Positions 1 to 13,930 of a DNA stretch of 64,000 nt are shown here, one piece after another (position 1 is the stretch's first letter; each line of letters opens with the position of its first letter). The translations under genes were made by a program, and so were the position numbers. The stretch lies in contig OX597821.1 in NCBI GenBank assembly GCA_951406725.2, positions 114,390,001-114,454,000 of the forward strand, written 5' to 3'. Source of the DNA: Octopus vulgaris. Taxonomy: Eukaryota. The notes under the pieces are model-generated. The model saw nothing but the letters and a program-made list of their open reading frames with translations. It was not told the origin of the DNA and searched no databases.

Positions 1-2794
1 TGGGATTTAAACGCATCAAGTTGTAGTGGAGGACATCCACAAACACTCATATTTACATTTACATATATATATATATATATACACACACATAAGTTCAGCA
101 AAATTTAGATTCAAATGAATACTATCATGTTCTTAACAATCAAAGCAACCTCTCTGTCTGTATATCTACCCTCTTTATAATGTTGGCAAAAGAAATGTAA
201 ATAAGTATATGTGTTGTCCGTTTGATGGAAGACTTCTATAAATGGCTGAAGATTGCTCAACATTTTAAAACTGATGTAATACTTACAATGTTTAATAAAA
301 TGAAGTAGCATGAAACGATTGTACCAAATTACCAAAGATATACTTGTCGCTTATTTTGATTATATATATATATATATAGCAAATGAAATCCAAAGGGATT
401 TTAACCCAATATTTAAACACCGTTATTTATAGCTTTATCTGCTTCAAGATTCACCTTTCTTAAAGAAAAGCCATAACTATGTGTGTGTGTGTGTGTAAGA
501 CAGGTTTCTTTCAGTTTCCATCTACCAAATCCACTACAAGGCTTTGGTTAGTCCGATGCTATAGTAAAAGACACTTTCCCAAGGTGCCATGCAGTGGGAC
601 TGAACCTGGAACCATATGGCCGGAAGCAAATTTCTTACCACACAGCCACACCTGCACATATATATAATCATCATTTAATGTCCTAGTTCCATGCTGGGTT
701 GAGGTGAATGGTTTGACAGGAGCTGGCCAAGAAAGAGCCTGCACCAGACTTCTGTGTCTGCATTTAGCATGGTTTTTACAGCTGGATGCCCTTCCTAACA
801 CCAATCACCTTGCAAGGTGGACACACAGAAGAAAGAATGATTATAAAGTACCATCGTCATCATGATTTAGTGTCCATCTTCCATGCTACCAAGCCAGAGG
901 GCTGCACCAAGATCCACTGTCTGCATTTGGCATGGTTTTATGGGTTTTACAGCTAGATGCCCTTCCTAATGCCAACCACCTTACAGAGGGGGGTGGGTGC
1001 ATTTTACATGGCACCAGCAAGGGGGGTGGTCTTTCAATTTCCATCTACCAAATCCACTCACAGGGCTTGGGTCGGTTTGGAGCTGCAGTAGAAGAAACTT
1101 TCTTAAGTGGCCATGCAGTAGGACTGAACCCAAAACGATGTGGTTGGGAAGCAGACTTCTCAAACCACACGGCCACACCTGTACCCATGCATATGTGTGG
1201 GTGGGGGGGTGAAGGTGGATGGCTTAGTGATTAGGGTATTCAGTTCACAACTGTAAGGTCTTGAGCTCGATTCCTGGAGGTGCATTGTGTCCTTGAGCAA
1301 GACACTTTATTTCCTATTGCTCCAGTCCACTCAGCTGGCAAAAATGAGTTCTACCTGTAATTCAAAGGGTTGGCCTTACCACATTCCATGACATTGAGGA
1401 TATGTGTGCCTCTGGAGTGCTCAGAACCTTAATTTCAAAACCATTGATTGCATTAACTGGAACCCTTGTTGTCAAAATTAACAGAGTGCTGGGTTTTTTT
1501 TTTGGTTTACTAATACTTTAATGATTTAATGTCTTTTATATGATCGTTTATGCTGATGGCATGACAATGGCAGTTGTAATCTGCCAGTATTTCCCTATAT
1601 CCAATGGTAATTCATAAAACCACTCAACTGTTTGTCCAGTATACCATGGTAAAGCAGTCACCATGCCTTGCTGAGGTGCACTCAACAAAATTTAGCTTTC
1701 GTCCAATGTTGTTTCCTGTATTGGCAAACGAAAATTACTCACTGACCAAATATAAAAGACCTGTAGGAACCAGAGTTGTTCAGAGAGAAATGAGAAAGCT
1801 GTGCCGTATGAACAACTTTAACAATGGTAATCTCATGTGCTTCAGTTGATTGATAAAATTACAAAAACACACATAAAACAAAAGCCACAGCATTGGTACA
1901 GGATGCGATTCCAACTAAAAACAAAAGACGGTAACATGAACTATTTCCTTTAGGAAAAACCAGTTCATACACAAAAATAATAATAATAATAATAATCTTT
2001 TCTATTATAGGTACAAGACCTGAAATTTGGGAGGAAGGGAGTAGCTGGTTACATCAACCCCAGTGTTCCACTGTTACTTAATTTATCGACCCTGAAAGGA
2101 TGAGAGGCAAAGTCAACCATGGCAAAATTTGAACTCAGAATGTAAAGATGGATGAAATATTACTAAGCATCTTGCCCAGTGTGCTAACAATTCGGCCAGC
2201 TCAAAGCCTTCTTAATAATAATAATAACAATAATAATAATAAATGCCCTGATGCAGCTCCAGGCAATGGTTCTCATGGCTTCTGATCTTAACTGATTGGA
2301 AGTGTTATGTACATTGTTTTGTCTTGGTATAAAAGATGGGCTACAGCAAATATTCTGCCCAGTACCACAGATTTGCTTGTCAGTTTTTAGACCTTAACCA
2401 GTTGAGCATTTCCCTTATTGGCCGACGATATGTGTATCTCTGATCACGTGCAGAAGTAGTGAGGGAGCATTATAGCCATGTGTTGAGAGGAATTCTTTGG
2501 GGTTTGAATAATTCACCTCTGGAAACGTGGATGTTTTGTTTATCACCCATACACAACCCTTATTCAGGGACCTATTTGAGTGGGATAGGTTACTCCACCT
2601 GAAGAAAATTCTGACTGGGACCCACCTGCAGGGTCATGCACTGTTTAGCTTGATATGAGGCCACCATGTTGTGCACATATGGTTGTGATGCATATGCCTA
2701 CTGTACTCTTATCAGAGAGGTAGTCAAGATGGGTATCAAATAATTGTACCCCAGTGTCACTTCAATGGTCTGTGTTCTAACTCAATAATAATAA

Positions 2795-3066
2795 ATTGAG
2801 AAATATCTGGATCTAGCCAAAGAGTTGAAGGAAGTGTGGAAGTTTAAGACATTAATTATTCCTGTAGTAATTGGTGCACTTGGCACAACATCCAAAATGC
2901 CACCAAAAAAGACTGGAAAAGATTGGAATTGAAGCTTCTATTGTTGACCTGCAGCAAAATACCATCTTATTTTCTGCAAGAGCCCCAAGAAAGATTCTTG
3001 AGATTCAGGGAGACGTCACCAAACCTCAAGATAACATTCCTGCAAACTGAATTGGCATGTAATAGA

Positions 3067-3070
<4 letters not shown>
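2795..3070 (+). mobile_element. R4/Dong-like REL 3' fragment between (AAT)n tracts
   Basis: EKYLDLAKELKEVWKFKTLIIPVVIGALGT. Confidence 0.75.
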
Positions 3071-3101
<31 letters not shown>

Positions 3102-3618
3102 GTTTTAAATTTTGCCACAAGGGCAGCAGTTTTGGAGCAGGGGATGAGTCGATTACATCGACCCCAGTGTTTCACTGGTACTTATTTTACTGACCCCGAA
3201 ACTATGAAAGGCAAAGTTAACCTCGGCAGGATTTGAACTCAGAACGTAAAGATAGACAAAATACTGCTAAGCATTCCATTCAGCATACTAACAATTCTGT
3301 CACCTCATCGCCAAATAATAATAATAATAATAATAATACCTCATCGCCATAATAATAATAAATGTTGGCTTATTCAAAGCTTAAAGAAGATTTAATTTAG
3401 CTTTTTTTTTTCCATAAGCAGGGACTGGGATTTGTGTATGTGTATGAGTTTGTGTGTGATAAACAGCTGGTGTGATTGTACTATTTTTAAATTTTTGTTG
3501 TGTACTCATGCATAACAAGCGTTTGTTATGGATTCTCTTCAGTTCAACATTTCAGTAAATTTTCAAAATAAAATTATTTTTTTTTAAAAATTAAGAATTT
3601 ACACACAAAATAAGAAAT

Positions 3619-3666
<48 letters not shown>

Positions 3667-4032
3667 GTGGTTGGGGTGGAGGGGAATAGATGGAATTGTA
3701 TATGTCCATAATAGGCTGTGTGAAAGACATGCGTGTTTAGAAATGGTTGTTCAAGAAAACGAGAAATGTGTTTGTTTGTGTGTGTGTGTGTTTGTGTGTG
3801 TTTAGCATACACAGGTTCTATGATGAAAAGAATGTCTTGGAGAGAACAGTGTGTTGATAACAGAGTGTTCTGGGAGAAATCAGATATATGGCTTGTCCGT
3901 AATATAAATTCCATTCTTACATGGATAGCATTTGTAAAGAATAAGAGGAAAGAGAGAGAGATCCTACGTTGCATTACACATGGAAGGGAGGGGAAATGAT
4001 CCATGGGGGGAGAAAGATAGCAAGACACACTA

Positions 4033-4087
<55 letters not shown>

Positions 4088-4513
4088 AAGAGAGAGACAA
4101 GGAGGTGAGGGCAGGAATGCAATATCAAAGTTAATATTACACAAGACATATACAGAAGTCTCTGGAACAAAAAAAAAAAGAGAAATATTTAAAAAAATTT
4201 TTAAATAAATAAGAAACTGGATAAATCACAACCTTTATAGGAGTGTTGGGGTTTAGGGGGTCGATAACTATGTTACTATGACAATTATTATGTAGTTAGC
4301 ACATTGAAGGTGACAGCCAAAATATTGTGGGTGGGGGTAATAAGAGAGAGGGTGGGGCATAGTTTGGATGTAAGGTTAAGATATGGCAGTAAACATAATA
4401 GGGGGGACGGAGAATTGTAGAAATGAAGCAGGGGTGGGGGTGGAAATCAGGGGGTGTCATCAAAGTACAATGGGAATTGCTTGATTATAAGTGTATGTGT
4501 ATGTAGGTACGCA

Positions 4514-4565
<52 letters not shown>

Positions 4566-5589
4566 GTAATTTACCAGACTAACATGTTATACATCACTGG
4601 TCACAGTGCACTTTCCATCGTTTTAGCTTTTGAAAAAGATCACCTCAGTGGCTAGATGAGCATGCCAACATTCCAGCCTGGTTGGAAGGCTAGTCCATCG
4701 CAGAGATTACCTTACCCATTTACAGCTAAGTGGACTGAGTGTATATATATATATATATATATATATAAATGTGTGTTTGCGTGTATGTAAAAGAGAAGGA
4801 AAGCAACAGTAAGTGAGAGAGAGAGAGAGAAGAGTGAGATGGGGGGGATAGAAAGGTGGGGGGTCGAGAAATGAGGTAAAGCTGAAATGACAAATTGAGT
4901 GTGAGATGAATATAAGTAAGTAAACAGTCCGGATCATATCAGGAGTGGTCAGTTGGTCATTTTACTTCATCGGAACACACACACACGTGCACATAACACA
5001 CACACACACACACACACACATACGTTCACCCAGACATACATTTACACACACACACACACACACATACACTCATCTCTCTCTGCATAGATAATCCTGGTAT
5101 TAATCAACTATGAAAGATCAACATATACACACAAAACCTCCACTACATAAATCTAAATTTAGTTTGTGTCCATTTTTTTTTTTTGCTTGTTCTATCCTTT
5201 TTTTTTTTGTCTTTTTACATCATTTACATTTATGGAAGGGATGGGGGGGGAGAGAAATCCATTTTTTTCTTTCTTTTCCTTTTTTTTTTTCCACTTCTTC
5301 ATTTAATCCATTCTTCATCAAACACCTCGTTAATCTTCCGACAGCGTTCATCACATCGTTGAAATGAAAAAATCCAACAAACAGAAATGTGTGCCAACTG
5401 CTCGACTCCACAACTTAGAACCATTCCTCTGTTACCTTATACCAGTCTCGTTAATATTTCGACATGTCCCTCACTTCTTCCACATAATTACTAACAAAAG
5501 TTAATTGCCATTAGGCTTCAGTGTCCATCATCATCATCATCATTTGCCTTCTTTTTCTTCAGTACCAATATATATACAATTACAGATTT

Positions 5590-5630
<41 letters not shown>

Positions 5631-5639
5631 TATAAATAC

Positions 5640-5692
<53 letters not shown>

Positions 5693-6016
5693 ATATAAAT
5701 ATATATTATATATATATATATATACACATATAAATATATATTATATATATATATAGACATAGACATATCCATATAAATATATATATATATATTTTATTTC
5801 TTTGTTCATTTTAAGAATTTCTTTACTAGGATCACCACCCACCCTCCCTCCAACGTTGAATCCTTCCCCCCCTCCCTCTCCACACACAAATCATATCAGT
5901 TGTCCTGATTCCTTTTATGGTGGCCAAGTCCATAAACTCCTTTGATCACTAAAGCCAGAACAATAAAACCTCCTCAAATGGCAGGGGGGAAATGATTGTC
6001 AAAAGAAATTTAGTCG

Positions 6017-6172
6017 TCAAAGAACTTGACTGGCCGCACTCTGACTTAGGTAGATAATTGCTCCGACAAAGTTAACACCAGCGGCAATGATGAACACAGG
6101 AAACCAACGGCCATGAGATTGTGTGACTAATTCAGCAGTTAGTGGACCACAAGTTATTCCAGGAATGGTAGC
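6017..6172 (-). CDS. SLC17-like last coding exon ([16 protein letters not shown]...SQSAASQVL*)
   Basis: Acceptor cttttcag|GCT; TGA at 6019-6017; [21 protein letters not shown] resembles the last SLC17 TM. Confidence 0.92.
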   Translation of the reverse strand, partial: ATIPGITCGPLTAELVTQSHGRWFPVFIIAAGVNFVGAIIYLSQSAASQVL

Positions 6173-9100
6173 CTGAAAAGTAAATTAATAAAGAATTGTT
6201 ATTCCAATATTCTTTACAGTAAATTCTATTTCAAAATTTTATTTACGATTTTCAACTTTTTTACTGTTTGTAAACATATTACTTCAATTTTTTTTTTTTT
6301 TTGGAATAATGGATCACAGAACAGATAAAGCTATAAATAATAGCATGTAAGCATTAGCTTAGAAAACCCTTTAAATAAATAAAATCCAAAGGATTTTTTT
6401 TAACCAAATATTTACAAATTGGTGAAGGTGCATGGCTCAGTGGTTAGAGCATCAGGTACACAACCACGAGGTAGTGAGTTCGATTCCTGGACAGGGCTGT
6501 GTGTTATGCTCTTGAGCAAGACACTTTACTTTCATGTTGCTCCAGTTCACTCAGTTGTAGAAATAAGTTGCAACGTCACGGATCAAAAGCTTCCGTCCTT
6601 GACCAGCCTGTAATAATTTTTAAAATATGCATTTAGGAGAGCATAGCCTAATGCGTTCTTCCATTTTTTTAAATGGAAGGTTAAGATTTGAAGGCAATTT
6701 GACTTTTATTTTTAACAGGTCAAGTGACTTCATAGAGTAAGGATGGGCAAACCTTTATGAAGAAGTGGACCACATGAGACATGATTTATCATCAGGTGGG
6801 CCACACTACTGAAAATAATGCAACATAATTTTTTGTTAGATGCACCATTCAGAAAGTCATGTAGGCTGCATGCAGCCCTAGTGGTGAAGACTCCTGTCGA
6901 GTATTGGCCATCTTTTGTAATCATCTGGTTGTGGTGAGAATGGAGACACAATGTTCAGTTGCCTCAACATTCTGCAATTACCACCAAAAACAGTCTTTTT
7001 ATAGGGTACAAGAAGAAGATTCTAGAAGATTGAATCATATAATGGCCTGATTTTGATTGGTTGCTTAATAGAGAAGAACACAAGTGATCTCAACGTGAGA
7101 TCATTTTCACCATGGACAGATATCGACTTACCAAAGTATTAGATACAGCAAAGGTAATACCAGCGTGGTTGGGAGCTACTTCGGGATGGTTACTTAAATG
7201 TCCAGCTGAATTGCAGGCACTCAGTCCAAGAGATATTGATACAAACCTGTTGAAAATGTACAAGAATAAATTGATGCAAAGACCAGATCAGAGGTAAATA
7301 AAGAACATTAATAATAATAATCCTTTCTACTAAAGGCACAAGGCCTGAAATTTTGGAGGAGGGGAAGTAGTTGATTACAACGACATCAGTGTTTTACTGG
7401 TAACTTTAACCCTTCACTGATATATTTGTCTCACCCATACTAGCAAGGAAAAACAGACATAAAAAAACCCGAAATCAAATTTATATAATGCTTATAAATA
7501 CTTTTAATAGTAAGCAGCAGAAGCAGCTATTGTAGGTCGACACCCACACGTTGATTTACTTAGTTACATCTATAAAAATTAGCTGTAAAAACATGTCTTA
7601 AACCTTCAGATACAGAATCCAAAAAGCTACAAGGCTGAAGCTGGTAAAGAATATATTTCTTTACTACCCACAAGGGGCTATACACAGAGACGACAAACAA
7701 GGACGGACAAACGGATTAAGTCGATTACATTGACCCCAGTGCGAAACTGGTACTTTATTTATCGACCCCGAAAGGATGAAAGGCAAAGTCGACCTCGGCG
7801 GAATTTGAACTCAGAACGTAACGACAGACGAAATACAGCTAAGCATTTCGCCTGGCATGCTAACATTTCTGCCAGCTCAACAGAAAATATTGGCAGATCA
7901 CAAATAGATTAACAGAACCACAACCTCTTCACTTTGCCAGACCTTAGTCAATAAAGTATGAATTAGTCAAACAAATAAAATAAAAGAACAGCTGGTATAT
8001 ACTTACAGTACAGCTAATGGTAGATTATTGACCATACTGAAGAATAAAATGAAAAGACCTGGTCCAAGGAGTCCAACACTGGTCATAAGACGTCTTACAG
8101 AAAGAACGGTCCATTTGTTCGCTACAAGAGAGTCAGCAAAATGACCTGCAACTGCAACCCAAAAATAAATTATTTTAAACAATGGTTCTAATGAATTTTT
8201 CCTAGAATATTCTTTAAATCTATTGTTATCTCCAATAAGCAATACAACTGCCCTACATATCTTCAAACTCCTTTGACGCGGCTGTCATGTTTATTTGTAT
8301 TGATTTGCTTGTTTCAAATCAATTTCTGAAAACAGCTGCCTTCTTTCACAGCATTTGCAAGTTTGTTTATGCTTTGTTTCATCAGTGAGTCACTGTTGGT
8401 AAACATCTGGGGTAAAATTAATCCCTCAAAGCCCAACCTATATCTCCACTGTAGCAATTTTGCTTAACTCTATTACCATCTTTTCAGAAAAGCAAGCAGG
8501 AAAGGCACTACTCTGAGTAACTCATTTGTCACTGTTTTAACATCCACTTTTCCATGCTTGCATGGATCGGACAAAAATTACAGCGGGAGATTTTCTACAT
8601 CCAGATGCCTTTCTTGTCACCAAGTAAGATAGTAATTCCCCATGGTCAAACATGACTGAGTGATAAATTAGTTGGTTGGCTGATCAATTGATTGATTCGT
8701 TATCAACAACCGTTTTCCATGGGTTGGACTGGTAACAGCATAAAAGAAAGAGCAAAGAAACAAACATAGTGGACAGGTGACCAAGAACCAAAGACAACTC
8801 TGTGAATATGATGCTATAAGAGATTCTTCCTTGTATTATCTCCTTCCATGCACTCCTAAGATTCCATCATTTTTCACTAAGTCACCAAAAACTAACCATA
8901 ACAATTCTTTTAACAAATATAATTCTTCTAACAACATACATTTTCTTTAGTTAGATCTGCTGTTTGTATTACAATACAAACAGCAACAGATAACCATTTC
9001 CGCCAAAAGAAATCAACAAAACAACAGAAATCTTTTATTTACTGAGAATGAGAGTTCTCTACTTACCAACACCAAGTAAAGAGTTCATGATATAAGGCAC

Positions 9101-9797
9101 TGCAGTTAACATAATGTGGTGTGCATCAGCACCAAGGTGTCGAGTCAGGTAAGTGGGTAGCCACTGCATAATAATATAATTAGACCAGTTCATACTAAAG
9201 TGGGCCAAATACATAGACCAGAGGGGCCAGTGACATAGGAATTCAGACCACCGGACATTGGTGCTATTTACCTGATGAAGATACAAAAAAAATTTATTAT
9301 TTAGTATTAGTTTCAAATTTTGGCACAAGGCCAGCAATTTCGTGGGAAGGAGTAAGTCAATTACATTAGCCCCAGGGCTCAATGAGCATTTATTTTATTG
9401 ACTCCAAAAGGATGAAAAATAAAGTCAACCCTGGCAGCATTTGAACTTCAAACATTAAGTTGAGAGAAATGCCACAAAGCATTTTGTCTGGCACAGTAAC
9501 GAATATCTCTGCCAGCTTGCAACCTGGCAGAACCATTACCATAATTCAACATTAAATTAATATTTAATATTAATTTAACATTAAATTTCAAATGTTAGTA
9601 TTTACATTTACATAATTTAATATTAATATTTAAATGAAATAGAAAGACAAAATTATGATAATTCACAGATGGCAGAAAAATAATTTGCTCAGAATTAAAA
9701 CTAAACTTTTTCTTGCATTGGTATATGACAAATGATTAAACTAATTTTGCATTGCAATTGGTAGGCAGAAACTGAAGAAGCCCATCATATGTATGTA

Positions 9798-9852
<55 letters not shown>

Positions 9853-12051
9853 GTAAAATAATATGTGACAAGGTTACGGAGAGGGTCATAGCCCAACTAA
9901 TTAGAGAGAGAGTTAGTTTAGATGAGATGCAGTTTGGGTTTGTGCCAGGGAAAAGTACTACTGATGCTATATTCCTGGTAAGGCAGCTGCAGGAGAAATA
10001 CCTAGCCAAAGATAAGCCCCTGTACCTGGCTTTTGTTGACATGGAGAAAGCCTTCGACAGGGTCCCCCGATCCCTTATCTGGTGGGCAATAAGGAAACTA
10101 GGGATAGATGAATGGTTAGTGAGAGCTGTGCGGGCCATGTATAGGGACGCTGCTAGTAGGGTGAGGGTTGGAAACGAGTACAGTGAAGAATTCCGGGTAG
10201 AGGTAGGGGTCCACCAAGGCTCAGTACTCAGCCCCCTCCTATTTATCATAGTCCTCCAGGCAATAATGGAGGAATTCAAAACAGGATGCCCTTGGGAGCT
10301 CCTCTATGCTGATGACCTTGCTCTAATTGCTGAGTCGCTATCAGAACTGGAGGAGAAGTTTCAGGTGTGCAAACAAGGATTAGAATCGAAGGGCCTCAGA
10401 GTCAATCTAGCTAAAACCTAAGTCATAATCAGTAGGAAGGTAGACAAATCACAAACGCCTTCAGGTAGATGGCCCTGCTCGATCTGTAGAAAAGGTGTAG
10501 GTAGAAACTCTATAAGATGCACCAAGTGTAAGCTATGGACACATAAGAGGTGCAGCAATGTCAAAGGAAGGCTAACTAGGAAGATGGTTTTTGTATGTGG
10601 CAGATGCTCAGGAACAATAAACACTGAAAATGCTCTGAGACCAACTTCCGTCACTTTCCAGGGAGAAAAACTAGAAATAGTTGATAGTTTCCGTTACCTA
10701 GGTGACCAAGTCAGCAGCGGGGGCGGGTGTGCTGAAAGTATAACTGCTAGAGTAAGAATAGCTTGGGCAAAGTTCAGAGTGCTCTTACCTCTGCTGGTGA
10801 CAAAAGGCCTCTCACACAGAGTGAAAGGCAGACTGTATGATGCATGTGTACGAACAGCCATGCTACATGGCAGTGAAACATGGGCCGTGACTGCTGAGGA
10901 TATGTGTAAGCTTGCAAGAAATGAAGCCAGTATGCTCCGATGGATGTGTAATGTCAGTACTCATACTCGGCAGAGTGTAAGTACCATGAGAGAAAAGCTG
11001 GACCTAAGAAGCATCAGTTGTGGTGTGCAAGAGAGACGTTTGCGCTGGTATGGTCATGTGGCGAGAATGGATGAAGATAGTTGTGTGAAAAAGTGCCACA
11101 CACTAGCGGTTGAGGGAACCTGTGGAAGAGGCAGACCCAGGAAAACCTGGGACGAGGTGGTGAAGCACGACCTTCGAACTTTAGGTCTCACTGAGGAAAT
11201 GACTAGAGACCGAGACCTCTGGAAGTGTGCTGTGCGTGAGAAGACCTGGCAGGACAAGTGAGTCCATAACCCATGGCCTTCTACATGGGATGGAGCCAGC
11301 CTACGTATGCATACCTTCCCTTCTTGGGACACAAAACTCTACTTGTGAAGACCTGTTGAGGCAAGTGAGGATCAGAATCGAAATCGATCAATGGAAATTG
11401 CAGATGTGTTACCAGTGCCGGTGGCATGTCGAAACTCTACTTGTGAAGACCCGTTGAGGCAAGTGAGGATCAGAATCGAAATCGATCAATGGAAATCGAT
11501 CAATGGAAATTGCAGATGTGTTACCAGTGCCGGTGGCATGTAAGAGAACCTTCCATTTCGCGACCGTTGCCAGCACCGCCCTGTTTCGTGTCCGTTGCCA
11601 GCCTCGCCTGGCCCTCGTGCCGGTGACACATAAAAAGCACCATCCGTTCGTGGCCGTTTGCCAGCTCTGTCTGGCACCTGTGCAGGTGGCACATAAAAGG
11701 CACCCACTACACTCACGGAGTGGTTGGCGTTAGGAAGGGCATCCAGCCGTAGAAACACTGCCAGATTTGACTGGGCCTGATAAAACCTTCTGGCTTCACA
11801 GAACCCAGTAGAACCATCCAACCCATGCTAGCATGGAAAACGGACGCTAAACGATGATGATGATGATGATGAATTATTCGGTAGCCAAGATGAAACTGAG
11901 TTTCATCTTGGCTACCAAATAATTGTCACATATTATATTTATAGATTAATTCCTCTATTTACATAATATTGAGATCTCTTTCTTTCTTTTGTTATCTTAC
12001 CTTTTTTGCCAATATATGTGTGTATGTGTGTGTGTGTGTATATGTGTGTGC

Positions 12052-12082
<31 letters not shown>

Positions 12083-13889
12083 TCAAGGTTGAACAGAAAG
12101 AATACAAGGAGTAAAAGTTAGACAAAAGAAGAGCAAATGGGAAACTAGACAAAAACTTAATGGACAGGAAATTAGACAAAGACACGATACATGGAATATT
12201 CACAGGTGAGTTTTCCACGTCAGTCAACAATGCAAAATATCATAGTAGTTTCCTGCCAATTACCATTGAGACCACTCAATTTTGCAGGTGCCAGTGCTTT
12301 TGTTAAGCTACAGAGAAAAAGCTAGCAAATGTGTACTAATACAGAAACAAACAAAACATTATATAAATACAACAGACAAAGAATTATGGATATATAACAG
12401 CATGAAGCCTACATCCTTTAGGACATTTCCTCTTTGCGTAACCCTACTAAGTTTGTTCGATAGCTGCAAAGCTCTTTCTGTTGCATTTGTAGTATATGTA
12501 TAATTATTATTTTTTCTTCTGTTGTATATAGCTGTAAGGCTTTGTGTTGTTATATATGCATAACTCTTTGTCTGTTGTATTTATATAATGTTTTTTTTTT
12601 TGTTTCTGTATTAGTACACATTTGCTAGCTTTTTCTCTGTAGCTTAATAAAAGCACTGGCGCCTGCAAAATTGAGCAGTCTCATTGATAATTGGCACGAA
12701 ACTGCTATGATATTTTGCATTAATGACTGACAAGGAAAACTTACCTATGAATATTCCATGTATCGTGTCTTTGTCTAATTTCCTGTCCATTAAGTTTCAT
12801 TTAGTTTCCCATTTGCTCTGCTTTCATCTAACTTCTTGTATTCTTTCTGTTCAACCTTTGACACATCCATGTAGCGCAACACACACTAAGTTTGTTTAAT
12901 TTATTGTAAAAAATATTCCTGATATATAAAGAAAAAGGGGGCAGTCAGAATTTTGGATAATTCTTTATTAGCACTTTCATCCATTCATAAGATTTTTCAA
13001 AATAAATTTTATAGAAGGTTTCTCAGCTTTTATACAAATGGAAAACCAAAAACCTTTCTGTAAAATTTATTTTTAAAAATCCTCATGCATATACAATACC
13101 TGTACATCACTTCAAACACTATATACATAAAATTCATATATATAGGTATGTATCCAAATTTTGTATGACTCTTACTTTAGCTTTTATTCCCCCTCTCATT
13201 TTCCTTCCTTTTTCTCGCTCCCCCTCTCTCACATTTCTTGGCCCTCTCTTTCTTTAACTCCCACTATTTCCCACTTGTTTATCTCCCCTGTACCTTTCTC
13301 TTTCTCTCTGATTTTATTCTAATCCTTCAATCCAGCTGCCTCCTACCCAACTCTCCTCCTTCCACGTGACTGGTATCCGGCCAGCCATGATCTTTCTTTC
13401 TTGGCCTGACTGCCGACCACCATCACCTCTTATGTCCATCTCCTATATTCCTGCCTTTAGGCTTTCGCTTCATACACGCCACAAATAAAGTATATATAAC
13501 TTTTATCGTTTACTTGCTTCAGTCACCAGACTGCGGCCATGTTGGGGCACCACTTTCAAGAACTTTTAGTCAAATGAATTGACCCCAAAACTTAGTTTCC
13601 TTAAAGTCTGGTACTTATTCTGTCAGTCTCTTTTTCCGAACTGCAAAGTCATGGGGACGTAAATACATCAACAGCAGTTGTGAAGAAGTGGTAGGGAACA
13701 CACACACACACATAAATATATATATACAATGGGCTTCTTTCAGTTTTCATCTACCAAATGCACTCACAAGGCTTTGGTTGGCACAAGGCTATAGTAGAAG
13801 ACACCTGCCCAAGGTGGGACTAAACTGGACCTGGGACCATGTGGTTGAGAAACAAGCTTCTTACCACACAGCCATGCCTATTTATCTAT

Positions 13890-13930
<41 letters not shown>

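Larger units (their letters stand above)
9872..11871 (+). mobile_element. 5'-truncated RTE-clade LINE, antisense within transporter intron 4, with 3'UTR and (GAT)n tail
   Basis: RT motifs [35 protein letters not shown]; RTE C-terminus RLRWYGHV and GRGRPRKTW; (GAT)n tail 11853-11871. Confidence 0.95.

Noticed and set aside
5793-5798. AATAAA on the minus strand as the transporter polyA signal
   Set aside because: It sits beside an AT microsatellite; the 3'UTR end cannot be fixed without transcript data
6422-6500. tRNA-like sequences with A and B boxes (also 20120-20195 and 55213-55280)
   Set aside because: They are SINE heads continuing into repeat bodies; no proper cloverleaf or oligo-T terminator
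6730-6990. Possible decayed transposase fragment
   Set aside because: No clear motif or TIR recognised
9785-10279. 164-aa minus-strand ORF and others opposite the LINE and mariner
   Set aside because: Antisense shadows of transposon ORFs
11500-11720. Repeat-spacer pattern superficially like a CRISPR array
   Set aside because: Units are degenerate, lie in a LINE 3'UTR and recur with it; eukaryotic context with no cas genes
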